Source: Methanocellales archaeon
GTDB lineage: Archaea; Halobacteriota; UBA148; JAUWXC01
Reading direction: 5' to 3'
Assembly: GCA_030610945.1 (NCBI GenBank)
Contig: JAUWQV010000001.1
Coordinates: 25,901 to 89,900 of the forward strand
Length of the DNA stretch: 64,000 nt
Shown one piece after another: positions 19,549-29,289 of the stretch. Each line of letters starts with the position of its first letter. Within the stretch, counting starts at the first letter, position 1. The notes under the pieces were generated by a model. The model searched no databases. It worked only from the letters and a program-made list of their open reading frames with translations, and was not told the DNA's origin. The translations under genes were made by a program, and so were the position numbers.

Positions 19549-19959
19549 TTAGTCCCAAACCATCGTAATCTCGTTATTCGCAACGTAACCGCCGGATTCA
19601 TCCACAATTTGCACCCAGATACGCAACGTATCGCCTGATTTCGGCTCTTTTCCGTCTTTGAAGCCGGCGGTGAGTTCATAGGTTCTTGGCCCTGTGTAGT
19701 CCGTGGACGTCCAGAAGTTGATCATGTCCGTGCCTTGCAAAACCCACACATACACGCCCGGCATATGCGGCGGATAATCCTTCGGGCGCTTGAGTGCATC
19801 CATGGCGCCCTGCTCAGCCTCAATGGTTTCGATGGTTGGCGCATCAGTCGTGCCGCCAATCGTTGTCGTGACCTTCAGGATTGGCACGGTAAGACAGCCA
19901 GAAATGCTGGTGACGAGGAAGATGATTAGGATTAAGGAAAATAGTTTGGAAATCTTCAT
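19549..19959 (-). CDS. Lipoprotein of unknown function (beta-rich)
   Basis: MKISK start, hydrophobic core, ISGC lipobox. Confidence 0.75.
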   Translation of the reverse strand: MKISKLFSLILIIFLVTSISGCLTVPILKVTTTIGGTTDAPTIETIEAEQGAMDALKRPKDYPPHMPGVYVWVLQGTDMINFWTSTDYTGPRTYELTAGFKDGKEPKSGDTLRIWVQIVDESGGYVANNEITMVWD

Positions 19960-20061
19960 CTGTGATACTTCCATATTATATAACCCTTCAAACGCTGATA
20001 AAAGTCTTCCTTTGGTTTATTTAAATCTTTTTATCTAATTGACGAAGTTCTACTGTTAACC

Positions 20062-20208
20062 TAATCTTTGTCCGCTGATATGATTCTAATGCTCCGCCAT
20101 TTCTTCTAACTCCTCGATTGGCACGTGCTTGGACTTTTTTGTGCCGATTAATACCCTAAGCGGGTCTTTTATCGTTCTAAATCTCTTGATTGTAGCCTCT
20201 TTAACCAT
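20062..20208 (-). pseudogene. Possible relic of a VapBC-like toxin-antitoxin pair (40-aa ORF plus PIN tail fragment)
   Basis: ORF 20208-20086, MVKEATIKRFRTIKDPLRVLIGTKKSKHVPIEELEEMAEH, with GGGGA RBS; followed directly by IISADKD*, resembling the last PIN-domain strand. Confidence 0.4.
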
Positions 20209-20237
20209 AGAATCCCCGTGATTTTTTAAATTTAAAT

Positions 20238-21254
20238 CTATCGCTCTTTCATGCCTGTTACATTCATTTTAAATCCGCATTTCGGACACTTATTGCCTGC
20301 ATCAAGATGGTTAATCACGCTGTACCCATGGCGCTCGATGAGAATCTCATCACATTTAGGACAGAACGTGCTCTCATATCTGTGCCCGAGCACATTGCCG
20401 ATGTAAACATGGTCAATGCCGCATTCTTTTGCGATTTTATGTACCTCTTCCAGCGTCTCCACGGGCGTTGGCGGAACGTCTGTCATCTGGTGGCATGGGT
20501 AGAAACGCGAGAAGTGAACCGGCGTATCTGCTCCAATGCCGACAACCCATTCGGCGAATCGCCTGAGCTCCGCTGGGCTGTCATTATGCCCTGGAATAAC
20601 CAGGTAGGTGACCTCAAGATGAATCTTCTTTTTCTTCATACGTTCGCATGTCCTGAGAACAGGGTCAAGTTTTGCACCGCTGATGCGCCTACAAAACTCA
20701 TCGGTGAACGCCTTGACGTCGACGTTGGCTGCATCCAGATATGGCGCTATCTTGTTCAATGCCGCCTCAGTCATATACCCATTGGTCACATAAACCGTGT
20801 ACAGGCCAGCCTTCTTTGCCAGTTTTGCGGAATCATATGTGTACTCAAACCAGATGGTCGGCTCGTTATATGTCCAGGAGATGCCCTGGCAGCCGTATTG
20901 CTTCGCCAGTTCGATTGACTCCTCAGGAGTGGTCTCCTGCGTGGACACCTCTTCCACACTTGCAAATGCGATTCCATAATTCTGGCAGTGCTTGCACCTG
21001 AAGTTACAGCTCACAGTTCCGAGCGAGAGTGCCATTGACCCGGGATAAAAATGGAACAGCGGCTTTTTTTCTATCGGGTCGACGTTAATCGAAGATACGG
21101 AGTTGTATATCAGCGTGTAGAGTTTGCCGCCCTGGTTCTCCCTGACGCGGCATATGCCCTTTTTTCCCTCTGCAATGATGCACTGGTGAGCACACAGATT
21201 GCACTGCACCTTGCCATCTACTAGAGGCTTCCAGAGCATTGCTTCTTTTTTCAT
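20238..21254 (-). CDS. amrS: AmmeMemoRadiSam system radical SAM enzyme
   Basis: CNLCAHQC...GICRVR, DPIEKKPLFHFYPG, CNFRCKHCQN, WTYNEPT, C-terminal CPKC pairs. Confidence 0.92.
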   Translation of the reverse strand: MKKEAMLWKPLVDGKVQCNLCAHQCIIAEGKKGICRVRENQGGKLYTLIYNSVSSINVDPIEKKPLFHFYPGSMALSLGTVSCNFRCKHCQNYGIAFASVEEVSTQETTPEESIELAKQYGCQGISWTYNEPTIWFEYTYDSAKLAKKAGLYTVYVTNGYMTEAALNKIAPYLDAANVDVKAFTDEFCRRISGAKLDPVLRTCERMKKKKIHLEVTYLVIPGHNDSPAELRRFAEWVVGIGADTPVHFSRFYPCHQMTDVPPTPVETLEEVHKIAKECGIDHVYIGNVLGHRYESTFCPKCDEILIERHGYSVINHLDAGNKCPKCGFKMNVTGMKER

Positions 21255-21257
21255 ATC

Positions 21258-22202
21258 TCACCTGAAATGTTCGTATCCTCTTGCCTCAATCTTTTCGGTC
21301 ACGCCGTTCTTTTTAATTAGAATATCGCTAGAAGTAACCTCGCCTATCACGGCAAACTGGCACGCCTTTTCTGCATTCTCTAAATAGTCTGGCTTAACGG
21401 TAAACAGAAGTTCAAAATCACCAGCGCCACATAAAGGCAAATCAAGATCAGTGGAAATAACTTTAGTTTCATCCAGGACTGGCAACTTATCACCATAAAT
21501 CAGAAAACCGACGCTGCTCGCCTTGCTCAAGTCATGCAGCGAAAGTGCAAGACCATCGCTGAGGTCCATCATGGATGTCACCGCGCCGGACGTTGCCAGT
21601 GCGATTGCCTCTTTGACCCTTGGCTGGGGCTCAAACAGCTTTTTTGTCACCACATCTTTAACGTTTTGCTGGATATCCATCTTCATCACCCTAAGACCTG
21701 CCTCTGCTGTTCCCAACTCGCCAGTCACGCAGACCAGATCGCCTACATGCGCTCCGCTGCGCTTCAACAATTTATCCTTTTTTGCGCTACCGAGGGCAGT
21801 GCAGACTATAGTAAGTTCATCATGCTCATCCGTGTCCCCGCCAACGATATATGCATCAAACTTCTTTGCGCACGCATTCATGCCATCAACGATGTCATCA
21901 ACGAATCCCACGTCAGCCTCCTTGGGAAGTCCCATAGCAGCGACAATAGCAAACGGTCTTCCGCCCATTGCAGCGATGTCACTCAGACTCACGGCAACCG
22001 ACATCCAACCCATCTGCCATGGCGCCATCCCATCCGGAAAATCCGTGCTCTGGTGAAGCATGTCGGTGGTCATAAGAAGGTATTCATCGCCATGGTCCAG
22101 GACAGCACAATCATCCTCTCCGGCGCCAAGGACTGCGTTATGTGGCAACAGTTCTGAGATTCTATTTATGAGGGCGCGCTCTCCTATATCTCGAACTTTC
22201 AT
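21258..22202 (-). CDS. thiL: Thiamine-monophosphate kinase
   Basis: MKVRDIGERALI, GEDDCA, TTDML, SDIAAMGG, GGDT, DLSDGL; start trimmed to 22202. Confidence 0.93.
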   Translation of the reverse strand: MKVRDIGERALINRISELLPHNAVLGAGEDDCAVLDHGDEYLLMTTDMLHQSTDFPDGMAPWQMGWMSVAVSLSDIAAMGGRPFAIVAAMGLPKEADVGFVDDIVDGMNACAKKFDAYIVGGDTDEHDELTIVCTALGSAKKDKLLKRSGAHVGDLVCVTGELGTAEAGLRVMKMDIQQNVKDVVTKKLFEPQPRVKEAIALATSGAVTSMMDLSDGLALSLHDLSKASSVGFLIYGDKLPVLDETKVISTDLDLPLCGAGDFELLFTVKPDYLENAEKACQFAVIGEVTSSDILIKKNGVTEKIEARGYEHFR

Positions 22203-22242
22203 CGAATCATACATATACCGATGAGAGAATAATAACCTTGTT

Positions 22243-22941
22243 GTGCCAGTATCGAGAAGGGATTTTCTCGGAATCATAGTAGGAACTGGAACGGGTCTCA
22301 TTGGTTTATCAGTTGCCAGTTGCCTTAATCGTCTAAGAGGGGGTGATGTGACGATGTTGCCAACGCCGAGATTGACGGGAAAGATGTCATTAGAAGAGGT
22401 AGTAAAGAAAAGAAGGTCGAGAAGAAGTTTTAGAGATGAGTCCCTGAGAATGGACCAGCTTTCGCAAATTCTCTGGGCAGCGCAGGGAATAACAGAAGGA
22501 TTTAAGAGAGCGGCACCATCTGCCGGTGCAACGTATCCGCTTGACTTATATGTTGTTGCAGGCAAGGTGGAAGAACTGGAAACAGGAGTGTATCACTATG
22601 ATCTAGGGAATCATTCACTCTCACTTCACGCAGAAGGAGATTTTCGGACTGATCTGGCAAGAGCGTGTGCAGCCCAAGGATTCATAGCAGATGCGCCTGT
22701 CTCGATAGTAATAACGGCAGAATATGAAAGGACTACGCAGCGATATGGAGAGAGGGGCATCAGATACGTGCACATAGAAGTCGGGCATGTAGGGCAGAAT
22801 ATATATCTTCAAGCAGAGGCATTGGGTCTTGGAACGGTGGCGATAGGAGCGTTTTACGATGATGAAATCGCGAAACTGCTACGTTTCCCAGAGGGGCATC
22901 AACCATTATATGTCATGCCAGTTGGATATGTAATGCAGTAA
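22243..22941 (+). CDS. SagB/ThcOx-family nitroreductase-like flavoprotein with a Tat lipoprotein signal
   Basis: SRRDFL, hydrophobic stretch and VASC at the N-terminus; RRSRRSF, RAAPSAGATYPL and GHVGQNIYL motifs. Confidence 0.88.
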   Translation: MPVSRRDFLGIIVGTGTGLIGLSVASCLNRLRGGDVTMLPTPRLTGKMSLEEVVKKRRSRRSFRDESLRMDQLSQILWAAQGITEGFKRAAPSAGATYPLDLYVVAGKVEELETGVYHYDLGNHSLSLHAEGDFRTDLARACAAQGFIADAPVSIVITAEYERTTQRYGERGIRYVHIEVGHVGQNIYLQAEALGLGTVAIGAFYDDEIAKLLRFPEGHQPLYVMPVGYVMQ

Positions 22942-22954
22942 ATCAGGTGATTTC

Positions 22955-24160
22955 TTGACCCATCCCACACTGGATATCAAAGGCTCCAGGGGCAGTGAGC
23001 TCTCTGGCAAGAAAATCGTGTTAGGTGTTACGGGCAGCATAGCAGCCGTTGAGACGATTAAATTGGCGCGTGAATTGATCAGATACAGCGCAGACGTTTA
23101 TGGTGTCATGACTAAGGATGCTCAAAAAATTATACACCCGTACGCATTGCAGTATGCAACCGGGAGAGATGTAATCACCGAGATTACAGGAGATGTCGAG
23201 CATATTGAGTTATGTGGAAACCGAGAGGGCAAAGCCGACCTGCTGTTAATTGCTCCCTGCACGGCAAACACGATTGGCAAAATTGCGACTGGCGTAGATG
23301 ATACTCCTGTGACGACGTTTGCATCCACCGCGATAGGTGCTGAAATCCCAATTATCATTGTTCCCGCAATGCACGAATCGATGTACTCACAGCCGATTGC
23401 TGCTGAAAACATCCAGCGGTTGAAAAAAGTTGGAATCGAATTTGTGGGTCCCCGCTTGGAGGAGGGGGGGGCAAAGATTGCAGATACAGAAGATGTTATC
23501 CTGCGCGTGTTGCGCTCTCTCTCAAAGAAGGAGTTGAAAGGAAAAAAGGTGCTGGTCACCGGCGGCGCAACCGCAGAGGCGATCGACCCGATACGAATAC
23601 TCACGAACAGGAGCTCGGGAAAGACGGGTTTGGAACTGGCAAGAGAGGCATTCATCAGGGGAGCGGGCGTAACCCTTGTGCAGAAGGGCAAATGTCCATA
23701 TGCAGATATTCAAAACATCTACATCGAGAGCGCCAAAGAGATGAGCGATGCCGTGTTAGGTGAGCTAAAAAAGGGGTATGATGTATTCATCTGCGCCGCT
23801 GCTGTCTCGGATTACACCATTGACAAGTCTAAGGACAAGATTCCCTCCGGGCAGGAGCTAACGTTGAACCTCAAGCCCGTTCCAAAGGTAATAGAAAGAG
23901 TCAGAGCTGAGCATCCTAGATTATACATGGTCAGTTTCAAGGCTGAAACCAACGTTCCCAAGGAGGAGTTGATAGACAGGGCAAGGTCGATGAAGGATAC
24001 GATTAAGTTAAACCTGGCCGTAGCAAACGACGTTGGCAAAGGTGGAATCGGAGGGGAGGAAAACGAAGTATACATCATCGGCGATGAAATTACACATGTT
24101 AAAGGTTCCAAACGAGAGATTGCAAAAAAGGTAATAGACGCAATAGTTGGAATGTTATGA
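22955..24160 (+). CDS. coaBC: Bifunctional phosphopantothenoylcysteine decarboxylase/ligase
   Basis: GVTGSIAA, PCTANT, PAMH, IDPIRILTNRSSG, FKAE. Confidence 0.95.
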   Translation: MTHPTLDIKGSRGSELSGKKIVLGVTGSIAAVETIKLARELIRYSADVYGVMTKDAQKIIHPYALQYATGRDVITEITGDVEHIELCGNREGKADLLLIAPCTANTIGKIATGVDDTPVTTFASTAIGAEIPIIIVPAMHESMYSQPIAAENIQRLKKVGIEFVGPRLEEGGAKIADTEDVILRVLRSLSKKELKGKKVLVTGGATAEAIDPIRILTNRSSGKTGLELAREAFIRGAGVTLVQKGKCPYADIQNIYIESAKEMSDAVLGELKKGYDVFICAAAVSDYTIDKSKDKIPSGQELTLNLKPVPKVIERVRAEHPRLYMVSFKAETNVPKEELIDRARSMKDTIKLNLAVANDVGKGGIGGEENEVYIIGDEITHVKGSKREIAKKVIDAIVGML

Positions 24161-25011
24161 ATGTTATGAAAGCTAAGGCATACGCGCCGTCGCACATCAC
24201 AGGCTTTTTTGAGATTTGTGAGTCTGAAAAACCTGAGCGCACGGGATCCAAGGGCTGTGGATTTACGCTACAGGCCGGAACGGTGACGGAAGTTGTGGTC
24301 AAGGATGGAGAGGCTATATCCATTCAGTTAAACGGCGTCGAGAGAAGTGCGCCTACAACCGAGTCAGTCGTGAGGGAATTGGCAGCAAATCGCTCAGTCG
24401 AGGTGCGCAGCAAGATAGATGTCCTAATTGGATGTGGCTTTGGAGCCAGTGGAGCGGGCGCGCTGAGCACTGCGCTGGCGCTGAATGAAGCACTATCACT
24501 CATTTTCACATACGAGCAAGTTGCAAAAGTCGCTCATATAGCTGAAGTAGAGAATAAAACTGGTCTGGGAGACGTAATCGCGCAGTCAACCGGCGGCGTG
24601 GTAATACGAAAAGAGCCGGGAGCACCAGGAATAGGCGTTGTTGACAGGATTCATGTCGGCGATGTTAAGATTGATTACGTGGTGTTTGGCGAAATTAACA
24701 CAAAGGATGTTCTGAAAGATGTGGATATGAAGAGGAACATCAACAAGGCAGGAAGAGAAGCCATGAAGGGATTGCTCCAAAGACCAACATTCGATGAATT
24801 TGTTCAACTATCCAAAAAATTCGCCATCCAAACAGGGCTTCTAAGCAACAGAGCAGCTGACGCGATAGAAGCGGTCGAGGCTGCAGGCGGCATGGCAAGC
24901 ATGGTGATGTTGGGTGATGCCGTGTTCGCAATTAATGGGTACGAAGCGCTGAAGGAATTTGGGGATGTTAAGACGAGTGAAATATGCCATCAAGGGGCGC
25001 GATTGTTATGA
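24157..25011 (+). CDS. Pantoate kinase (GHMP family)
   Basis: PSHITGFF, GCGFGASGA and TGLGDV motifs; lies between coaBC and PPS. Confidence 0.92.
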   Translation: MNVMKAKAYAPSHITGFFEICESEKPERTGSKGCGFTLQAGTVTEVVVKDGEAISIQLNGVERSAPTTESVVRELAANRSVEVRSKIDVLIGCGFGASGAGALSTALALNEALSLIFTYEQVAKVAHIAEVENKTGLGDVIAQSTGGVVIRKEPGAPGIGVVDRIHVGDVKIDYVVFGEINTKDVLKDVDMKRNINKAGREAMKGLLQRPTFDEFVQLSKKFAIQTGLLSNRAADAIEAVEAAGGMASMVMLGDAVFAINGYEALKEFGDVKTSEICHQGARLL

Positions 25012-25745
25012 CTACTATAATCCCAAAGGACCATCCACGCTATGAATCACTGATAATCAGGGAGAGGCTGGTGGATGGATTCAAAGCGGGCATCGTGTGC
25101 GAAGAAGGATTGATTGCACATGGAAGAGGAGAGGCGTTCGACTACCTGCTCGGCGAAAGGACGATAGAGCCCGCAATGACGGCAACGAGGGTTGCGGTTG
25201 CAGCAATGCTAGCGGCAAAGCACCCGGTCATCTCAGTCAACGGTAACAGTGCAGCGCTTGTGCCGGATGAACTGGTGCGTCTAAGTGAAAAAATTGGCGC
25301 GCCGCTCGAGGTAAACCTGTTTCACAGGACAGAAGACAGGGTGGATAAGATAATCCATCATCTGGAGACACATGGAGCAAAGAATGTCCTGGGAAAAAAA
25401 GCAGAGGCGCGTATTCCTGGAATTTCGCATGAGAGGGCTAAGGTGTGCAAAGAAGGCATATACAGCGCAGATGTTGTACTCGTGCCCCTGGAGGATGGAG
25501 ATAGGTGCGAAGCACTCGTAAATATGAACAAAAAAGTAATCGCAATTGATTTAAACCCATTATCGAGAACAGCGCAGACCGCAAGCGTTACGATTGTGGA
25601 TAACGTGGCCAGGGCAATACCCAATATGATAAAACTGGTTGATGAGATGAAGACCTTACCTGAATCTGAATTGGGACATATGCGCACCTCATACGACAAC
25701 AAGGCGATGTTGGAAGAGGTAATCAGAAGGATTAAAATGCTTTAA
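25008..25745 (+). CDS. 4-phosphopantoate--beta-alanine ligase (phosphopantothenate synthetase)
   Basis: IPKDHPRYESL, GLIAHGRGEAFDYLLGE, VPLEDGDR, IDLNPLSRT. Confidence 0.94.
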   Translation: MTTIIPKDHPRYESLIIRERLVDGFKAGIVCEEGLIAHGRGEAFDYLLGERTIEPAMTATRVAVAAMLAAKHPVISVNGNSAALVPDELVRLSEKIGAPLEVNLFHRTEDRVDKIIHHLETHGAKNVLGKKAEARIPGISHERAKVCKEGIYSADVVLVPLEDGDRCEALVNMNKKVIAIDLNPLSRTAQTASVTIVDNVARAIPNMIKLVDEMKTLPESELGHMRTSYDNKAMLEEVIRRIKML

Positions 25746-25772
25746 AGAACTGGTTAGACTTAGGATGCTGGC

Positions 25773-27065
25773 ATGATGATTAAACGAATTTCTGAGCTGG
25801 GCGACGCACAAATGGAAAAGTTGCTGCGCAGCGATGTCAAGGATGTCACGAGCGCTGTTAAGCGGATTTTAGAAGATGTGCAGAGAAATGGCGATAGCGC
25901 CGTCGCCAAGTACACGAAGAAGTTTGACGGTGTAGCGCTGAAAAACCTTGAGGTTACAGAAGAGGAAATTAGAGATGCGGAGGTATCCGTAGATGCAAAA
26001 CTCATCAAGCACCTCGAGAGGGCGGCACTCAACATATCCGCATTCCACGGCGAGCAGTTGAATGATGAGTTATGGCTGAAGGAGTTTGGACCCGGGATAA
26101 CGCTTGGACAGAAGACCACACCATTGGATAAAATCGGCGCATATGTTCCAGGTGGTCTCGCATCTTACCCATCTACTGCGCTGATGACTATAATCCCGGC
26201 AAAAGTGGCTGGTGTCCCGGAAGTGATCATATGCACTCCACCCAGGCCAGATGGTACTGTAAACCCTCTCACGTTAGCAGCAGCCGACATAGCAGGCGCA
26301 GACAGGATATTCAAGGTTGGAGGGGCGCAAGCAATAGCGGCAATGGCATATGGCACGAAGAGCATCCCAAAAGTGGACAAAATAGTCGGACCTGGAAATG
26401 TATATGTAACGGCCGCCAAGATGCTGGTGCGCAACGATGTGGAAATCGACTTTCCTGCAGGACCCAGCGAGGTTGTCATTTTAGCAGACCAACCTTTTGA
26501 GAAAAGCTTGACCAAAACCGCGACAATTATCGCATCAGATATGGTTGCACAAATGGAACACGACCCCGCATCGGTTGCCATTCTGGTCACAACGTCTCAA
26601 AAATTGGCAAAGGCGGTTGATGTCGAGGTGAAGAAGCAAATGAAGGAGGCGCCACGAAAAGATATAATCGCCAATGCGCTGAAGAAGAGCGCGATCCTGA
26701 TTGCAGACGACTTGAAGCAGGGCATAGAGTTCGTCAATGCTATTGCGCCAGAGCATCTTGAACTCATAGTTCCAGAGCCGATGAAGGTGCTGAAGGATAT
26801 CAGGCATTCAGGCGCAATTTTCGTTGGAGAATACTCCCCTGTAGCGGCAGGAGACTATGCGTCTGGAACGAATCATGTGCTGCCAACGATGAGATACGCT
26901 AGGGTACTTTCTGGCTTGGACACGCGCCATTTCACGAAGAGATCCAGCGTCCAGATTATAACTAAATCAGGGCTGCGCGACCTGAAGGATACGATAATAG
27001 CGCTCGCCGAGGCAGAGGGGTTGGAGGCGCATGCAGAATCGGTCAGGAAGAGGTTTGAGAAATGA
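25773..27065 (+). CDS. hisD: Histidinol dehydrogenase
   Basis: [45 protein letters not shown]. Confidence 0.97.
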   Translation: MMIKRISELGDAQMEKLLRSDVKDVTSAVKRILEDVQRNGDSAVAKYTKKFDGVALKNLEVTEEEIRDAEVSVDAKLIKHLERAALNISAFHGEQLNDELWLKEFGPGITLGQKTTPLDKIGAYVPGGLASYPSTALMTIIPAKVAGVPEVIICTPPRPDGTVNPLTLAAADIAGADRIFKVGGAQAIAAMAYGTKSIPKVDKIVGPGNVYVTAAKMLVRNDVEIDFPAGPSEVVILADQPFEKSLTKTATIIASDMVAQMEHDPASVAILVTTSQKLAKAVDVEVKKQMKEAPRKDIIANALKKSAILIADDLKQGIEFVNAIAPEHLELIVPEPMKVLKDIRHSGAIFVGEYSPVAAGDYASGTNHVLPTMRYARVLSGLDTRHFTKRSSVQIITKSGLRDLKDTIIALAEAEGLEAHAESVRKRFEK

Positions 27066-28378
27066 TGGGCAAAAAGTTGCGTACTCATTACTCCAGAGAG
27101 ATAACGCCTGAGGATGATGGCAAGAATGTTACCGTCGCAGGATGTGTTCATGAAATTAGAGATTTAGGCGGTCTCACCTTCATCGTTCTCAGGGACAGGG
27201 ATGGAACGATGCAGGTCACGTTAGTCAAGAACAAGGTCAAGGATAATTTGTTCGATGTGGTACGAGACCTAAGCAGGGAGTCTATTGTATCTATTTCAGG
27301 TGCCGTCAAACAGGAGAAGAAGGCACCCAATGGCTACGAGATAATTCCCAATGAGATTATGGTGCTAAGCAAGGCAAAATCGCCTCTTCCTTTGGATGTC
27401 ACGGGAAAGGTCGGCGCTGATTTGGATACGAGATTGGATGCAAGATTCATGGATTTGCGAAGGGCAGAGATTCAACCGATATTCAAAATTAGGCACCATC
27501 TGCTGACTGCAGTCAGGGATTTTTTGGAGAGCAAGGACTTCATAGAAATACAGACGCCCAAGATCGTCGCCACTGCCACTGAAGGTGGGACAGCGCTGTT
27601 CCCCATCACCTACTTCGAAAGAGAGGCGTTTCTTGGCCAGAGTCCGCAGTTGTACAAGCAAATCATGATGGCAACCGGCCTAGACAGAGTGTATGAAATA
27701 GGCCCCATCTTCAGGGCAGAGGAGCATGACACGAGAAAGCACCTGAACGAGGTAACGTCAATCGATGTGGAGGCTTCCTTCGTGACGCACGAAGAGGTGA
27801 TGTCGATACTGGAGGAGACAGTCAAACACGTCTATGCTCATGCCCAGGAACATTGCGAGCGCGAGCTTGGTACCGTAGGCGTTGATTTGCAAATGCCAAA
27901 GACGCCATTCAAACGGTTGCGATATGAGGATGCACTTGACATCGCCAGAAAGCACAAGGAATGCAAGGACATGGAATGGGGAGATGACCTTGATACAGCA
28001 GCTGAAAAGGCCATCGGCAAAGAAATAGGAAAGCATTACTTTATAGTAGACTGGCCTACTGAAATCAAGCCGTATTACGTGCAGCCATACGATGACAAAC
28101 CTGAAATATGCAAGGCATTTGACCTGATGCATCCAAAGATGGAGTTGGCATCAGGGTCGCAGAGGGTCCACTCGTATGACCTCTTGGTAAAAAGAATCAA
28201 GGCGCAGGGACTGGCCCCAGAAGGATTTGAATTTTACTTGGATGCGTTCAGGTACGGAATGCCACCCCACGCGGGATGGGGCATGGGCGTGGAAAGATTG
28301 CTCATGAGCATGTTGGGCTTGGCAAACATTCGAGAGACGGTTCTGTTCCCAAGAGATAGAAGAAGACTCTCCCCATGA
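27062..28378 (+). CDS. aspS: Archaeal aspartyl-tRNA synthetase (likely non-discriminating)
   Basis: RDLGG OB fold, [32 protein letters not shown]. Confidence 0.96.
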   Translation: MMGKKLRTHYSREITPEDDGKNVTVAGCVHEIRDLGGLTFIVLRDRDGTMQVTLVKNKVKDNLFDVVRDLSRESIVSISGAVKQEKKAPNGYEIIPNEIMVLSKAKSPLPLDVTGKVGADLDTRLDARFMDLRRAEIQPIFKIRHHLLTAVRDFLESKDFIEIQTPKIVATATEGGTALFPITYFEREAFLGQSPQLYKQIMMATGLDRVYEIGPIFRAEEHDTRKHLNEVTSIDVEASFVTHEEVMSILEETVKHVYAHAQEHCERELGTVGVDLQMPKTPFKRLRYEDALDIARKHKECKDMEWGDDLDTAAEKAIGKEIGKHYFIVDWPTEIKPYYVQPYDDKPEICKAFDLMHPKMELASGSQRVHSYDLLVKRIKAQGLAPEGFEFYLDAFRYGMPPHAGWGMGVERLLMSMLGLANIRETVLFPRDRRRLSP

Positions 28379-28457
28379 TTGATGATTGCCCCAACATTTA
28401 TATATCAACGACTAATTTGTATTAAAAAGGAGAAATATTAAAAGGAGAAGATGATAC

Positions 28458-28781
28458 ATGGCCATATTACCAGCAGGCATACACCCTGCTGAGATTGTCT
28501 TTACTTTGCTCTTCGCGTGGGCAGCGTGGCTATTTGCCACTACAATAAAACAGAAAAGGCATGAAAAAAGAGAGATAGAAGAAGGCCATGGATTATTCTT
28601 GGTGGCAGGGCTTGTGGCATGGACATTGGCATCTCTTGTAGATGCACTCGACAACCTTCCTGTTTCTGGAATAAGGGCATTGGACATTTGTGAGCACTGG
28701 GTATTCTTAATTGGAGCGGTTGCACTCGCGGTAGGGTTGAGCAAACTTTGCAGAAAATATGAAGAACTGATCAAGAGGTGA
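28458..28781 (+). CDS. Small 3-TM membrane protein
   Basis: AGGAGA RBS; three hydrophobic segments. Confidence 0.7.
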   Translation: MAILPAGIHPAEIVFTLLFAWAAWLFATTIKQKRHEKREIEEGHGLFLVAGLVAWTLASLVDALDNLPVSGIRALDICEHWVFLIGAVALAVGLSKLCRKYEELIKR

Positions 28782-29119
28782 TGATGATGGCATGGATGGA
28801 ATTGGTCCCAAACGCCCTGGCTTTTGTATGCCTTCTCTATTGCACACACGTAGCGCTAAAGATGAAAAAATTAACAGAAAAAGCATCACCAGCATGGCTA
28901 CTTATCAGTGTTGGATTGGCATTTCTTACAATATATGCACTTACCAACATCATTGAATTTGGATTAGAAGTTAGCACAATTAACGGCATCCTCAAAATAG
29001 CAGAAGAGCCAATAGGAATAAGCATGGACAGGGCAGAAATGGGCATAGTCAATGCAGGCGCAGCATTTCTAGTAGCAGCCGGTTTGACATTAAAGCACTC
29101 AGTGATAAAACCAATTTGA
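28778..29119 (+). CDS. Small 3-TM membrane protein, translationally coupled to the previous gene
   Basis: GAGGTGA RBS and stop/start overlap; three hydrophobic segments. Confidence 0.7.
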   Translation: MMMMAWMELVPNALAFVCLLYCTHVALKMKKLTEKASPAWLLISVGLAFLTIYALTNIIEFGLEVSTINGILKIAEEPIGISMDRAEMGIVNAGAAFLVAAGLTLKHSVIKPI

Positions 29120-29289
29120 GCCATCCAGCACCATAAGATATATCTCTTGTTTGTCGCATTATATTCTAATGAGGGGATGAAATGCGCGATGGGTTCAATG
29201 GACTCTGTAGTCCGTTTAGCGGCTCTAGACAGAAACTTGAACAATCCCTTATTTTTGATGTTGTAATGAAAAGATGGTAGGGGTCTGCC

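Noticed and set aside
22203-22565. Long N-terminal extension of thiL (435-aa ORF)
   Set aside because: It overlaps the SagB-like gene on the opposite strand; ThiL similarity begins at MKVRDIGE (22202).
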